Source: a virus
DNA length: 64,000 bases
Strand: one strand, 5' to 3'
Virus record (IMG/VR): IMGVR_UViG_3300028388_001285
Location: 1-64,000 of that record
The translations under genes were made by a program, and so were the position numbers. The notes under the pieces are model-generated. The model did no database searches. It worked only from the letters and a program-made list of their open reading frames with translations, and had not been told where the DNA came from. Below are positions 9,447-18,911 of this stretch, piece after piece; position 1 is the first letter of the stretch, and every line of letters starts with the position of its first letter.

Positions 9447-9665
9447 ATGGCTAAGATGACAATAGTGAGAGAAAGAAAACCCCTCACAAAGCCTCTTATA
9501 CGAGAGGCTCTGGGGGAGGTTGGCATACGGTTAACCGAGGGTAATCCATACACGTACATGGCCGATTGGGTGTCCCTAGTTGACAGGATGTATAACCTAT
9601 TTGAAGGCGCTCAAATAAACACATTTAGAGTAGAAGAGGATGAGAAAAAAGATAAAAGCAAATAA
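9447..9665 (+). CDS. hypothetical protein
   Basis: 72-aa ORF. Confidence 0.6.
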   Translation: MAKMTIVRERKPLTKPLIREALGEVGIRLTEGNPYTYMADWVSLVDRMYNLFEGAQINTFRVEEDEKKDKSK

Positions 9666-9912
9666 TTTTAAACTTGAAAGGGTAGAGCAATTATACGATG
9701 ATGAGGCAACGTTAGATTATATGGGAGAGAGTTGGGCTAAAGATGCACCTCACGAAGAAGAAAAACCGAAGCCACAAACCGCATATGTTACGGAGGTAAA
9801 TGTATCGGGAGAAACTGCTGCTATCATAGTGAACTTGTTGAAAAACGCTGGCGTAAACTTTGGTTGGAACCCAGCACAGAATTTACATATTTCCTCCCTA
9901 ACTGAAGTATAG
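9640..9912 (+). CDS. hypothetical protein
   Basis: 90-aa ORF. Confidence 0.6.
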   Translation: MRKKIKANNFKLERVEQLYDDEATLDYMGESWAKDAPHEEEKPKPQTAYVTEVNVSGETAAIIVNLLKNAGVNFGWNPAQNLHISSLTEV

Positions 9913-9915
9913 ATT

Positions 9916-10320
9916 ATGAGGTATTTAATCAGTTTATTCATACTAACATTTGCAGTGAGCCTTAGTGCTCAGAAGGACGATATAGTCGCAGCATTTAATA
10001 TAAGCGATGCCGTCCATATCCATAAAGGAGAACATATCAACATTGACCCGAAACCGGAGTCTATAGTATTTCACTGGTACTCAGTACGTTTCAACTATAG
10101 AGTTGAGAACTCTCCCAAAAGAGTGGAGAAAGTTATTGAAGGTTGTTGGGTACGTAACCCACAGTACAAAGGTACTAAGAGGTGGAAGTGCAAGCAGGTC
10201 AAATACAAGGTAAAGAATGGGAATATTATTGAAAAGATACGTGGAACTAAAGGTAAGTTTTTATACAAAATAAAACCGGCCCGTACGATAACCCCCTATA
10301 AACTAAACTACTATAACTAA
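9916..10320 (+). CDS. secreted protein with SPI signal peptide
   Basis: MRYLISLFILTFAVSLSA|Q, a Bacteroidota-style signal peptide. Confidence 0.7.
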   Translation: MRYLISLFILTFAVSLSAQKDDIVAAFNISDAVHIHKGEHINIDPKPESIVFHWYSVRFNYRVENSPKRVEKVIEGCWVRNPQYKGTKRWKCKQVKYKVKNGNIIEKIRGTKGKFLYKIKPARTITPYKLNYYN

Positions 10321-10619
10321 AAAGCACCCCATGTTTATAAGTATGGAAGAGGCGAAGGCTAAAGAGAAGTGGGAATACGAAACGGAGAAAAAACTCATGG
10401 AAGATCCAGAGTATCGTAAGATGTACTACAGAATAATGAGTGGATATTATGCAGGAAAAGCAAAAGAACTCAGAGAAAAAGAAGGGATTAGGCAAGAGAA
10501 CTAACTCTGGTAAATGGAAGAGACCCTCTGCAACCTTAACTGAAGAGCAGAGTAAAGATTTAAAGAAACAAGTAGATAAGATACCACTCTTCGAAGATGG
10601 TAACTAAAGAAATGTATAT

Positions 10620-10718
10620 CTAGCTGTAGAGCGCAGCTGTTCACGGCACTTACCCTGGTATAAAGGTAAGTATAAATGTGAAAGTTCCAGATGGAGAGAG
10701 CTCAGGTGATGCAGTTAG
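10620..10718 (+). other. long irregular RNA hairpin directly upstream of the tRNA
   Basis: nested stems CTAGCTGTA/TGCAGTTAG, GAGC/GCTC, TTCAC/GTGAA and ACTTACC/GGTAAGT. Confidence 0.55.
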
Positions 10719-10730
10719 ATAAACAAAGAA

Positions 10731-10823
10731 GTGCGGTTAGACCGGGAAGGGCTCCGGGGCTGTCTTCAAAACAGTGTGGTCGGTCCAAACGACTTCAGAA
10801 GGGTTCGAATCCTTTGCCGCATG
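10731..10823 (+). tRNA. opal-decoding tRNA, anticodon UCA, long variable arm
   Basis: acceptor GTGCGGT/GCCGCAT, D stem CCGG/CCGG, anticodon arm GCTGT-CTTCAAA-ACAGT (TCA at 10766-10768), variable stem GGTCG/CGACT, T arm AAGGG-TTCGAAT-CCTTT, discriminator G followed by CTA. Confidence 0.9.
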
Positions 10824-10913
10824 CTATGAATTACAAAGAAGTAGGCACAATAGCAGAGCATGAAACAATGAAGATAGTTTTGAAGAATACATGGACGAGA
10901 TAATAAATTAATT

Positions 10914-11237
10914 ATGGGAAGCGGAAGGGTGGAAGGTATTAAGTTCGATGAGTGTGGAAACGATCCTAGAATGGTCGAAGAGTTTATGAAGAACCGACAT
11001 TTAACGGAGGTACGAAGCAAATTATTCAAAGACCAAGTTATTCTAGGCACTAGTTGTTTTCATATATCAAATGGTGGAGAGGTAACGTACGTACCACCAA
11101 ATGAATGGCCCGACTCCACTGTTACGACAGAGAGGGTATCCATAGAAGACATGATAGAAATATTTGGAGACATACTTACTGATAGTCAAAAAAAGTCGTT
11201 AAGCAAATGGAACACAGAAAAGAAAAATGGACGATAG
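10914..11237 (+). CDS. hypothetical protein
   Basis: 107-aa ORF. Confidence 0.6.
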   Translation: MGSGRVEGIKFDECGNDPRMVEEFMKNRHLTEVRSKLFKDQVILGTSCFHISNGGEVTYVPPNEWPDSTVTTERVSIEDMIEIFGDILTDSQKKSLSKWNTEKKNGR

Positions 11238-11503
11238 ATAGAAATTGGGTGCAGGTAGGAGATAGATTGAAAGACTCTAATGGAGCAGAATACTATGTTT
11301 TAGAAGTTGAGCAAGACAGGAGCGACTTAAACAAACACGAAATTACTACTGGACTAGTAGGCAATGTTGCAGTAACTGCGAAAGAAATAGAAGAAAACTT
11401 GGTCCCACAACCTTTTAATTTTGAGAAGCATTGGGCCCAACAATTTTATCAAATGGGTTTTAGCGACGCTAAGGCTCAAATATATGAATTAACAGGATTA
11501 TAA
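11207..11503 (+). CDS. hypothetical protein
   Basis: 98-aa ORF. Confidence 0.55.
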   Translation: MEHRKEKWTIDRNWVQVGDRLKDSNGAEYYVLEVEQDRSDLNKHEITTGLVGNVAVTAKEIEENLVPQPFNFEKHWAQQFYQMGFSDAKAQIYELTGL

Positions 11504-11666
11504 TTATGCTCTGGAGTTACAACGAAACAGGATTAAACAGTTATAGTACAGCTTTGTTCGACACTGTAAATCCGTACAACACAAAATTATTTAACGATAC
11601 TGAGACCGATGGAAACCTTGGTCAATCAATTACAAAATACTCAACTAGTTTATATAATTTAAGCTA

Positions 11667-11885
11667 ATGAAACGACTAGATCACATAGATGTAGGATTTT
11701 ACGTAAACAGTCAGCCTGGAGATCCATTCTACGAATTTACTATCAGTAGGAAACTTGTAGAAGAAATACACAAAGACATGATTGGCGACACCTCAGGTAT
11801 CATTATGCGTGAAGTTTGTAATATGATAGACAAACTAATACGTGAAGGATACATGGTCGGAGTCGATGAAGAGACGGTTATATAA
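11667..11885 (+). CDS. hypothetical protein
   Basis: 72-aa ORF. Confidence 0.6.
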   Translation: MKRLDHIDVGFYVNSQPGDPFYEFTISRKLVEEIHKDMIGDTSGIIMREVCNMIDKLIREGYMVGVDEETVI

Positions 11886-11896
11886 TAACCAAAGAA

Positions 11897-12222
11897 GGGC
11901 GTGACGTGGCATCGACATGTGCGAGGAAGGATAAGCGAGAGATACACAACAACAAAAGGCAATTATTACATTGACCAGTTGAAAGAAGCTGTAGCAGCTT
12001 TGGAACAACTCTGGAATGAGCGCACCAGACCAAGAAAAGTGCTCACTGTGGTACAACATTACTACGCATAGAAGGTTTGTAGTTTCCTAATGAGGACTTC
12101 ACGTCCACAATAAAAGAACTACTGGTGGAGTTTGGCTGACGAAGGTTGGCCCCAATTTTCATCTCGTTTGAGTTTATTTGGAACGTATATGGACCTGGGT
12201 TCGACACCCAGCACGTCCACTA
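11897..12222 (+). ncRNA. ssrA: tmRNA (transfer-messenger RNA)
   Basis: 5' GGGCGTG pairs with 3' CACGTCC, giving G3.U70 and A73 (Ala identity); GG..TCGAC 5' motif; P2 ATGTGCG/CGTATAT; GGAC followed by T arm CTGGG-TTCGACA-CCCAG; internal tag ORF 11958-12071. Confidence 0.88.
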
Positions 12223-12305
12223 AATTAGATTAATATGTATTTGATAGGATGGCTCATCGTCGGATTGTATATCGGCAATTGTTTGGTGAGTAAAAATTAG
12301 AGAAG

Positions 12306-12755
12306 ATGACAATAGACAATAGGATTGAACTGCTGAATAAAGTTCGTACAGGGTTAAATATGATGTTAGACGACCTGAGCGAGTTAGGGTACCAACCGCA
12401 CACAAGTTTCGGCACCATTAGTACTAAGCTTAAGGAAGCTAAGTTCTGGTTGAATGACACGTATGTCGAACTCCAGAAAGAGAGGTTGAATGTTGAGTCG
12501 GCTCCAGTAGAAGATTCAGGTGAAGTCTTAGAACTCGGTGGAACTCCTAACGACTCCGAAAAGACTATCAATAACCACTTTGTTGACATGGTGAATGCAA
12601 CGGCCAAGGAAGAGGGAACTCAGTTGGAGCTACCACATGGAACCATAGATGTTATAGGTGATAGGGAGGAAGAGAAAGAGGATAAGTTCGACGTTCAAAA
12701 GTTTGAAGCGGATTTAAACAAGTATTTAAAAGAATTACTAAATTTTAAAATGTAA
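12306..12755 (+). CDS. hypothetical acidic protein
   Basis: 149-aa ORF directly upstream of groEL. Confidence 0.7.
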   Translation: MTIDNRIELLNKVRTGLNMMLDDLSELGYQPHTSFGTISTKLKEAKFWLNDTYVELQKERLNVESAPVEDSGEVLELGGTPNDSEKTINNHFVDMVNATAKEEGTQLELPHGTIDVIGDREEEKEDKFDVQKFEADLNKYLKELLNFKM

Positions 12756-12761
12756 TAGACA

Positions 12762-14438
12762 ATGAAGAAAGATATAACTTTCCATAACAAAGCCCGCACT
12801 GGGCTGATCAACGGAATCAAAGTTATTGCCAATGCTGTAGGCGCAACGTTAGGCCCGAAAGGGAGGAATGTAGTTATCGAGAAATCATACGGTGCTCCAC
12901 ATGTTACTAAAGACGGAGTTACAGTTGCTGGGAGTGTTGTACTTGAAGATGCTGTAGAAAATTTAGGAGCTCAAATCCTTAAGCAAGCGGCAGCTAAAAC
13001 TGTCAAAGAGGCAGGAGATGGTACTACTACTTCTATAGTGTTGGCGCAGAAATTGGTAGAAGAGGCACATAGACAGATATCTAATGGTGCAAACCCAATT
13101 GATATCAAGCGTGGTATGGAGCAAGCCAGCAAAGAGGTAGTAAAGAAACTGCAAGAATACTCTGTACCAGTGAACGACGATTTCGATAAAATTGAACAGA
13201 TAGCAACTATATCTGCTAATAATGATGTAGAGATAGGACAATTAATCAGACAAGCTTTTGAAGCTGTAGGCAAAGACGGCATCGTAGCGGTAGAAGAATC
13301 CAAGTCAGTTGACACCTTCGTGAATAAATCAGAGGGTATGCAGTTTGATCGTGGATTTATCTCCCCATATTTTGCTAATAATGCTAAAGGTACCTGCGAA
13401 TTTGAAGACCCGTATGTACTCATATACGACAAGAAGATTCGTGGTACTGGTGATATTGTACCTATACTGGAAAAGGTGGCGCAGAAACAGAAGCCCATTC
13501 TTATCATAGCCGAGGAAGTAGAAGCACAAGCTTTAACTTTGTTGGTTCTGAATAAGATGCAAAGGGGCGCACAATTTTGTGCTGTCAAAGCTCCAGCATT
13601 TGGAGACCGGAGACGTAAGGTTTTACAGGATATCGCGACCGTTACTGGTGGCACACTGATAAGTGAAACTGTTGGAAGGACTCTGGAAGATGTAACATTA
13701 GCAGATCTTGGTAGAGCTGAAAAGATTCAAATTACTAAAGATGACACGACGATTATTAGAGGCGCGGGCTCGCCAGAAGAAATTGCTCACAGAATTGAGC
13801 AAGTCAAAAACGAGATTAATACTACAGAGTCCGAGTATGAACTCAGTAAAACTAAAGAACGTCTCGCCAAGTTGGTGGGAGGTGTTGCCGTATTACACAT
13901 TGGAGCAGCCACTGAGGTCGAGTTAACTGAGAAAAAAGACCGTGTCGAAGACGCATTAAAGGCTACTCAAGCCGCACTTGAAGAAGGTATCCTTCCCGGA
14001 GCCGGTTCATCTTATATAGCGGCTGCACAAGATTATCAACCACCTAGCATTCTGAATAACAGAGATCAGTTAGCTGGAGTACGATGTTTGGAAGCAGCGT
14101 TAGAGCAACCACTACGCATCATATCCGAGAATGCAGGAAGACCTGCTGACTTGGTCCTTTCGAGAGTTAAAGAAGCTATGAGCTTAATTACTCACGATGA
14201 ATTGGAGAGTGGTGACGGTTCATATGCGGTTAAATTCAATCAAGGGTTTGACGCAAATAACGGCAGTATTGTAGATTTACGGGAACATGGGATTATAGAT
14301 CCAACTAAGGTAGTTAGAGTAGCATTGGAAAACGCAGTTAGTGTAGCCGGTATGTTGTTAATGACAGAGGTTACGGTGACTGAAAAAGAAGAACTTAATT
14401 TAGACATCCCTGGAGGAATGCCTCCACCAATGCAATAA
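12762..14438 (+). CDS. groEL: chaperonin GroEL (Cpn60)
   Basis: [52 protein letters not shown] motifs. Confidence 0.98.
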   Translation: MKKDITFHNKARTGLINGIKVIANAVGATLGPKGRNVVIEKSYGAPHVTKDGVTVAGSVVLEDAVENLGAQILKQAAAKTVKEAGDGTTTSIVLAQKLVEEAHRQISNGANPIDIKRGMEQASKEVVKKLQEYSVPVNDDFDKIEQIATISANNDVEIGQLIRQAFEAVGKDGIVAVEESKSVDTFVNKSEGMQFDRGFISPYFANNAKGTCEFEDPYVLIYDKKIRGTGDIVPILEKVAQKQKPILIIAEEVEAQALTLLVLNKMQRGAQFCAVKAPAFGDRRRKVLQDIATVTGGTLISETVGRTLEDVTLADLGRAEKIQITKDDTTIIRGAGSPEEIAHRIEQVKNEINTTESEYELSKTKERLAKLVGGVAVLHIGAATEVELTEKKDRVEDALKATQAALEEGILPGAGSSYIAAAQDYQPPSILNNRDQLAGVRCLEAALEQPLRIISENAGRPADLVLSRVKEAMSLITHDELESGDGSYAVKFNQGFDANNGSIVDLREHGIIDPTKVVRVALENAVSVAGMLLMTEVTVTEKEELNLDIPGGMPPPMQ

Positions 14439-14440
14439 AA

Positions 14441-15217
14441 ATGAGATTTGCTAATTTTACACAAAAAGTTTTAACTGCCCTATGTATCATGGGATTCTTT
14501 TTGCACTTTGCAGCTCACGCACAGACTAACAATGATACGGTATATGTATACCCATTCTTGTTCCAAACTGAGAACGCTGCTGAGATTCAAATATTCCTAG
14601 ATGGACCACAGGCGTATCAAGATTCGATCACGTCAATTCAGTTTCCCGTAACATTCTTCGGGGGAGTACCATCAGGTGTTGAGTACCATAATGGACTGGC
14701 TACGAAGCTGATGAATACTAATATAAAGGATAATCAGGTATTATTTTCCTGGTTAACACCTACACTTGAGATGTTTAAGACATCCCCACTTGCACCAATT
14801 TTAACTATAAAGTTTGATAAGCCAGGAGTGGATTCTATACATTTCGGTGACTCAGATTGGATGCGAGTAGAGTTTAGTACCATCACTGCTAGAGATACTG
14901 TACCACCGATTGTCACAATCGAAGCATTACCTTGGAAACTTGGTTACGTACAAGAAGGTGCTGGATTAGAAGATTATGCACCTGCGATAGTAAATACTAT
15001 CAGTGCCGGAGATAGTAAGATGATTAAGGTATATCCAAACCCGACTACCGGGACTGTGAGATTTGAAGCCATTACACCACCTAACCGTATGAGGATCTAT
15101 GATTTAGCGGGTAAGGTTATGTACGATGGAGAGTTTAAACATGAGGTGTATTTCAGCCAGACTGGCATATTCTTTGTACAACTGGATGATATCATTATAA
15201 AAGTAATTAGACAATAA
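14441..15217 (+). CDS. secreted protein with cohesin-like beta domain and type IX secretion (T9SS) type A C-terminal sorting domain
   Basis: signal peptide ...AAHA|Q; C-terminus IKVYPNPTTG...IYDLAGK...GIFFVQL...KVIRQ. Confidence 0.85.
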   Translation: MRFANFTQKVLTALCIMGFFLHFAAHAQTNNDTVYVYPFLFQTENAAEIQIFLDGPQAYQDSITSIQFPVTFFGGVPSGVEYHNGLATKLMNTNIKDNQVLFSWLTPTLEMFKTSPLAPILTIKFDKPGVDSIHFGDSDWMRVEFSTITARDTVPPIVTIEALPWKLGYVQEGAGLEDYAPAIVNTISAGDSKMIKVYPNPTTGTVRFEAITPPNRMRIYDLAGKVMYDGEFKHEVYFSQTGIFFVQLDDIIIKVIRQ

Positions 15218-15223
15218 ATAACT

Positions 15224-15775
15224 ATGGGACATTTTATGAAAGATAGGGGATTATTTATGGGTCTGGAAGGAACGATTATCCGGACACTAGATAAAAAACA
15301 CCCCTTACAAAAAGACAATTGGGAATTCTTACCAGCAGTTTTAGAAGTGATAGCTTCTTACTACCGTAAAGGTTACAAGCTTTTTATAGTAAGTAACGAG
15401 AACGGATTAAGTCAAGGACTTGTCAAACCTAAGGAACTTGCAGAGAAGATTTCCGAAATTGTAGAAAACATTACTCTGTATATCTTAGCAGATAAGGCAG
15501 TCGAAAGACTCAGGACGGATGCAGTAGTTAGTAAGGTATTTGTATCTCCAAACGAGAATCATAAGTACCAGCTGCCACTGCCAACCGCAGCTTTTGAAGC
15601 TAAAGCTGAAGGAGATTTGGATTTAGAAGACTCCATCATGCTAGGAAGTACTCCACTGGATAAGCAGTTTGCAGAAGCCGCTGGAATGAAATTCAAGGAT
15701 ATTGGAAGTACTGATGCCATCAGAACGTTGAATAGCGAAATAATGGAAGTCATTTCCACTAAGGATGAAGCATAG
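15224..15775 (+). CDS. HAD-superfamily IIIA (GmhB/PNK 3'-phosphatase-like) protein with degenerate catalytic motifs
   Basis: LFMGLEGTII, WEFLPAVLE, LFIVSNENGL, SIMLGS...DKQFAEAAGMKF. Confidence 0.75.
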   Translation: MGHFMKDRGLFMGLEGTIIRTLDKKHPLQKDNWEFLPAVLEVIASYYRKGYKLFIVSNENGLSQGLVKPKELAEKISEIVENITLYILADKAVERLRTDAVVSKVFVSPNENHKYQLPLPTAAFEAKAEGDLDLEDSIMLGSTPLDKQFAEAAGMKFKDIGSTDAIRTLNSEIMEVISTKDEA

Positions 15776-15805
15776 TAATTGATTCACATATAAAGCAAAG
15801 ACGAA

Positions 15806-15838
15806 TAGCTCTACCTCTTAACGAGGCTAGGGCTTTTT
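15806..15838 (+). terminator. rho-independent terminator
   Basis: AGCTCTACCTC-TTAAC-GAGGCTAGGGCT hairpin followed by TTTT. Confidence 0.75.
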
Positions 15839-15857
15839 GTCGTTATAATTAACTGAT

Positions 15858-16604
15858 ATGATAACAGTTTTAAACAGATTTCCGGAAAGTGGAATAACGG
15901 AAATTAACTCCATCACAGAAGGTAGAGTCCTGGAGATTAGATTTAACGATTTAGACTATGACGGCACTGCGGATGATCTAGCCAATAACACGGTTGTAAC
16001 CTCTGTTACGGATAGTAATGGATACAGTTGGTCTATACAGGGAACCCCATTAGTGAAGACTAATATTCTCAATGGGCATAGCGTAGTACAGTTTGACGGT
16101 ACTGAATGTTTCTACCGATCCGGTACTAGGAGTACTTACCTATCTGACGGTAATGGAGACGCACATTTCGTATTTTTACGTAAGAATTATGAGACTGGTA
16201 TTACAGTATGATTTGCATTCCACGCAAATGACGCTACTTCAAACATACGTCTGACGCAACTAAATGGCTCAACTACTAGATTTGAGTGGGGTGATGACGG
16301 CAGTGGCGGTACTAATAGTCACTCTACTACTAGTAGAGCTTTCGATTTAATACAAGTCGGAATGACTGATGCTAGTCCGCCAATACAGTATGATAAAGTG
16401 AATGACGGTTCATACCTCACGGAAAGCCATAGTGGGTATGACGTACCTAACTTTACTGATAGGTGGTGTGTAAATGGTGAGGATACCAATGCCCACCATG
16501 ACAGCGGAGGACAATGGGCTTATCTCGCTATATATGACACTGCCCTAAGCTCCACTGATATGGCCACTATTTATAGCGACTTACACGATTATTTTAACTG
16601 GTAA
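15858..16604 (+). CDS. LamG/concanavalin-like beta-sandwich protein (1 in-frame TGA at 16209)
   Basis: ORFs 15858-16211 and 16362-16604 are in frame across one TGA; NGHSVVQFDG...AIYDTALSSTDMATIY. Confidence 0.7.
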
Positions 16605-16622
16605 ACTACTAATAAAGTTATA

Positions 16623-18911
16623 GTGCTAATAAACTACGAACAATATTTAATCAAAGAAGTACCGGCGTTCCACCCACTCTCCGAGAAGTATGTGCATTTC
16701 TGGAAACATGAGAAGCGCAAGTGTATTGAAGGCTGCTGAGTATCTGGTAAGTGGATGCCCGGTAAGCTGTACTTCTATGTGAATTACGGTACTATTAAGT
16801 TAAACAAGGATGGAGCTAAAGTTAAGTCTTACGGGCGGCCTTGATTGCGTAACTTAGAATGAGAATTTTTCTATAATTGAGCTGAAGCTAGGGGCTTTTC
16901 CGGCTTCACAAAAGACACACAATATACCTGTTTGAGGGACGTCCTGGAACTCAGAGAAGAGGGTATATTAAACGCACCACACTACATAAAGGCGCAACAT
17001 CCAGAAGCCGTTAGAGAAGACGGTACACTGAAGCAGTATATACCAGCCCGCGAATACCTTCGCAAGATACACCCACACAACTTAGGATCACCTATATACA
17101 AGAACGAAGCTAAGAATCTGTTTATGATCGGAGCTCGTGGTTACGGTAAATCGTTCTGTGTAGGAGTAGGCATAGTAGCACATGAGTTCTTATTCGATGG
17201 TAAGACCAGCTACAACTTGAATGACCCTATCACTGCTGCGGAAATCGTAGTGGGGGCAGGAGATGCTAAGTACTCCAGTGAGACTTTGGGTAAAACTAAA
17301 GTAGCATTAGATAACTTACCTGGAGGTATGGAGATCAATGGAGTTTATTATCCATGCCCATTTTACAAGCAATACAAAGGTAGCTGGACCCCGGCTAGGC
17401 AAATCGAACACCTCTATAAGAAGAAGATTGGAGGAAGCTGGACATATGGAGGTACTGGTTCAAACATCAAGCACAGAACGTTCAAGGATAATCCTTTCGC
17501 CGCTAACGGCACACGTCCCGGTGTAATGATATTTGAGGAAGTAGGTATGTTCGAGAATTTGCGTGAATCCTATAACGCTAGTGTAGAATGTCAGAGATAC
17601 GGTTCTGTAAAGTTCGGTTCTATGATGTTCTTAGGTACTGGTGGTGATATGGAGGGAGGTGGTACTCTTGATGCACAGGAATTGTTCTACAATCCTGATA
17701 ACTTCGACTGTATAACCTTTCCGGATATCTGGGAGAACAGGGGTAAAATCGGCTATTTTGTACCTGCGTATAAAGGTTTGGATAAGTTCAAGCCCATGAA
17801 GAAGTATAGTGACGGCAAGTTCTGGACAATGTATCAGGATGGAGAGACCGACTATGATGCTGCTAAAACATTCCTCAACAAGCATAGAGATAAACTCAGA
17901 CAATCTAAGGGTTCTATGTCAGCTTTGGAGGGGGAGATTATTAACCGCCCACAGGTACCGTCTGAAGTATTCCTTCAGAAACACGGTAACATATTCCCAG
18001 TAACTGAGCTTAGAGATAGATTAGTGAAGTTGGAAGAAAGCGGTAGGTGGAAGATGTTAGAGAAGAACGTATCATTATACTTAGACCCGAAATCGAAAGA
18101 ATACAATGGTGTCAATTACAAGATTGATGTCAAGAATAGGTTAAACCCTATCAACAAATACCCTTGGAAAGAATCCGAAAGAGAGGGCTGCGTGACTATT
18201 TATGAGTTTCCAAAGCTTATAGATGACAGAGTTCCGGAAGGAGCCTATATAATTGGACATGACCCTTACGCAAATGATGACCCAAGTGGCGAATCGTTAG
18301 CAGCTGTTTATGTGCTTAAGACCAAGAAGCATTTCAGCAAGCTCGGACATGACGAAATAGTAGCTACTTATGTGGCACGTCCATATGCTGGACGACATGT
18401 CGTAAACGAAACTATACTCAAGCTATCTCTGATGTATGGTAATGCGAAGATTTACTTCGAGAACGTTCGAGGAAATGTGAAAGAGTACTTCGAAAAGATT
18501 AAGAAATTACACCTTTTAGCCAAACAGCCCACAACAGTACTGTCTAAGAAGGCTTCATATATGCATGGTTCTGCGGTAGTATATGGGTATCCCATGTCAA
18601 GTAGAGCGATGAAGATGGAGGCTATACAATATGTTAGGGACTGGTTATTGGAAGAAAGAGAGGTTGACGGCGATAGAATAGTATACAATCTAGATAGAAT
18701 CTGGGATAGAGCCTTGCTACAGGAACTCATAGCCTTTAATATGGACGGTAACTTTGACCGTGTTATGGCGCTAGCAGGCTGCATAGTTGGGTTGAATGAG
18801 ACCCATAACCAATACGAGAAAGAATTAGTCTCAGAATCTAAAGTAGACCAAGTAGTAAGCTTTCTAGTCGACAACTCATATATATTTAACAACACGACTA
18901 GACCATGATAG
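16623..18911 (+). CDS. terL: terminase large subunit (4 in-frame TGA in the N-terminus)
   Basis: GTG 16623; FWKHEKRKCIEGC[TGA]VSGKWMPGKLYFYVN...RP[TGA]LRNLE[TGA]EFFYN[TGA]AEARGFSGF; Walker A GARGYGKS, Walker B IFEEVG, nuclease IGHDPY and GNFDRVMA; ends TGA-TAG. Confidence 0.95.

Noticed and set aside
10731-10823. Selenocysteine insertion system
   Set aside because: The fold is 7/5 rather than 8/5, no selA/selB/selD is present in the window, and the TGA sites match Trp rather than catalytic Cys positions.
10691-10903. 70-aa ORF MERAQVMQ...
   Set aside because: It overlaps the tRNA cloverleaf, which explains the sequence better.
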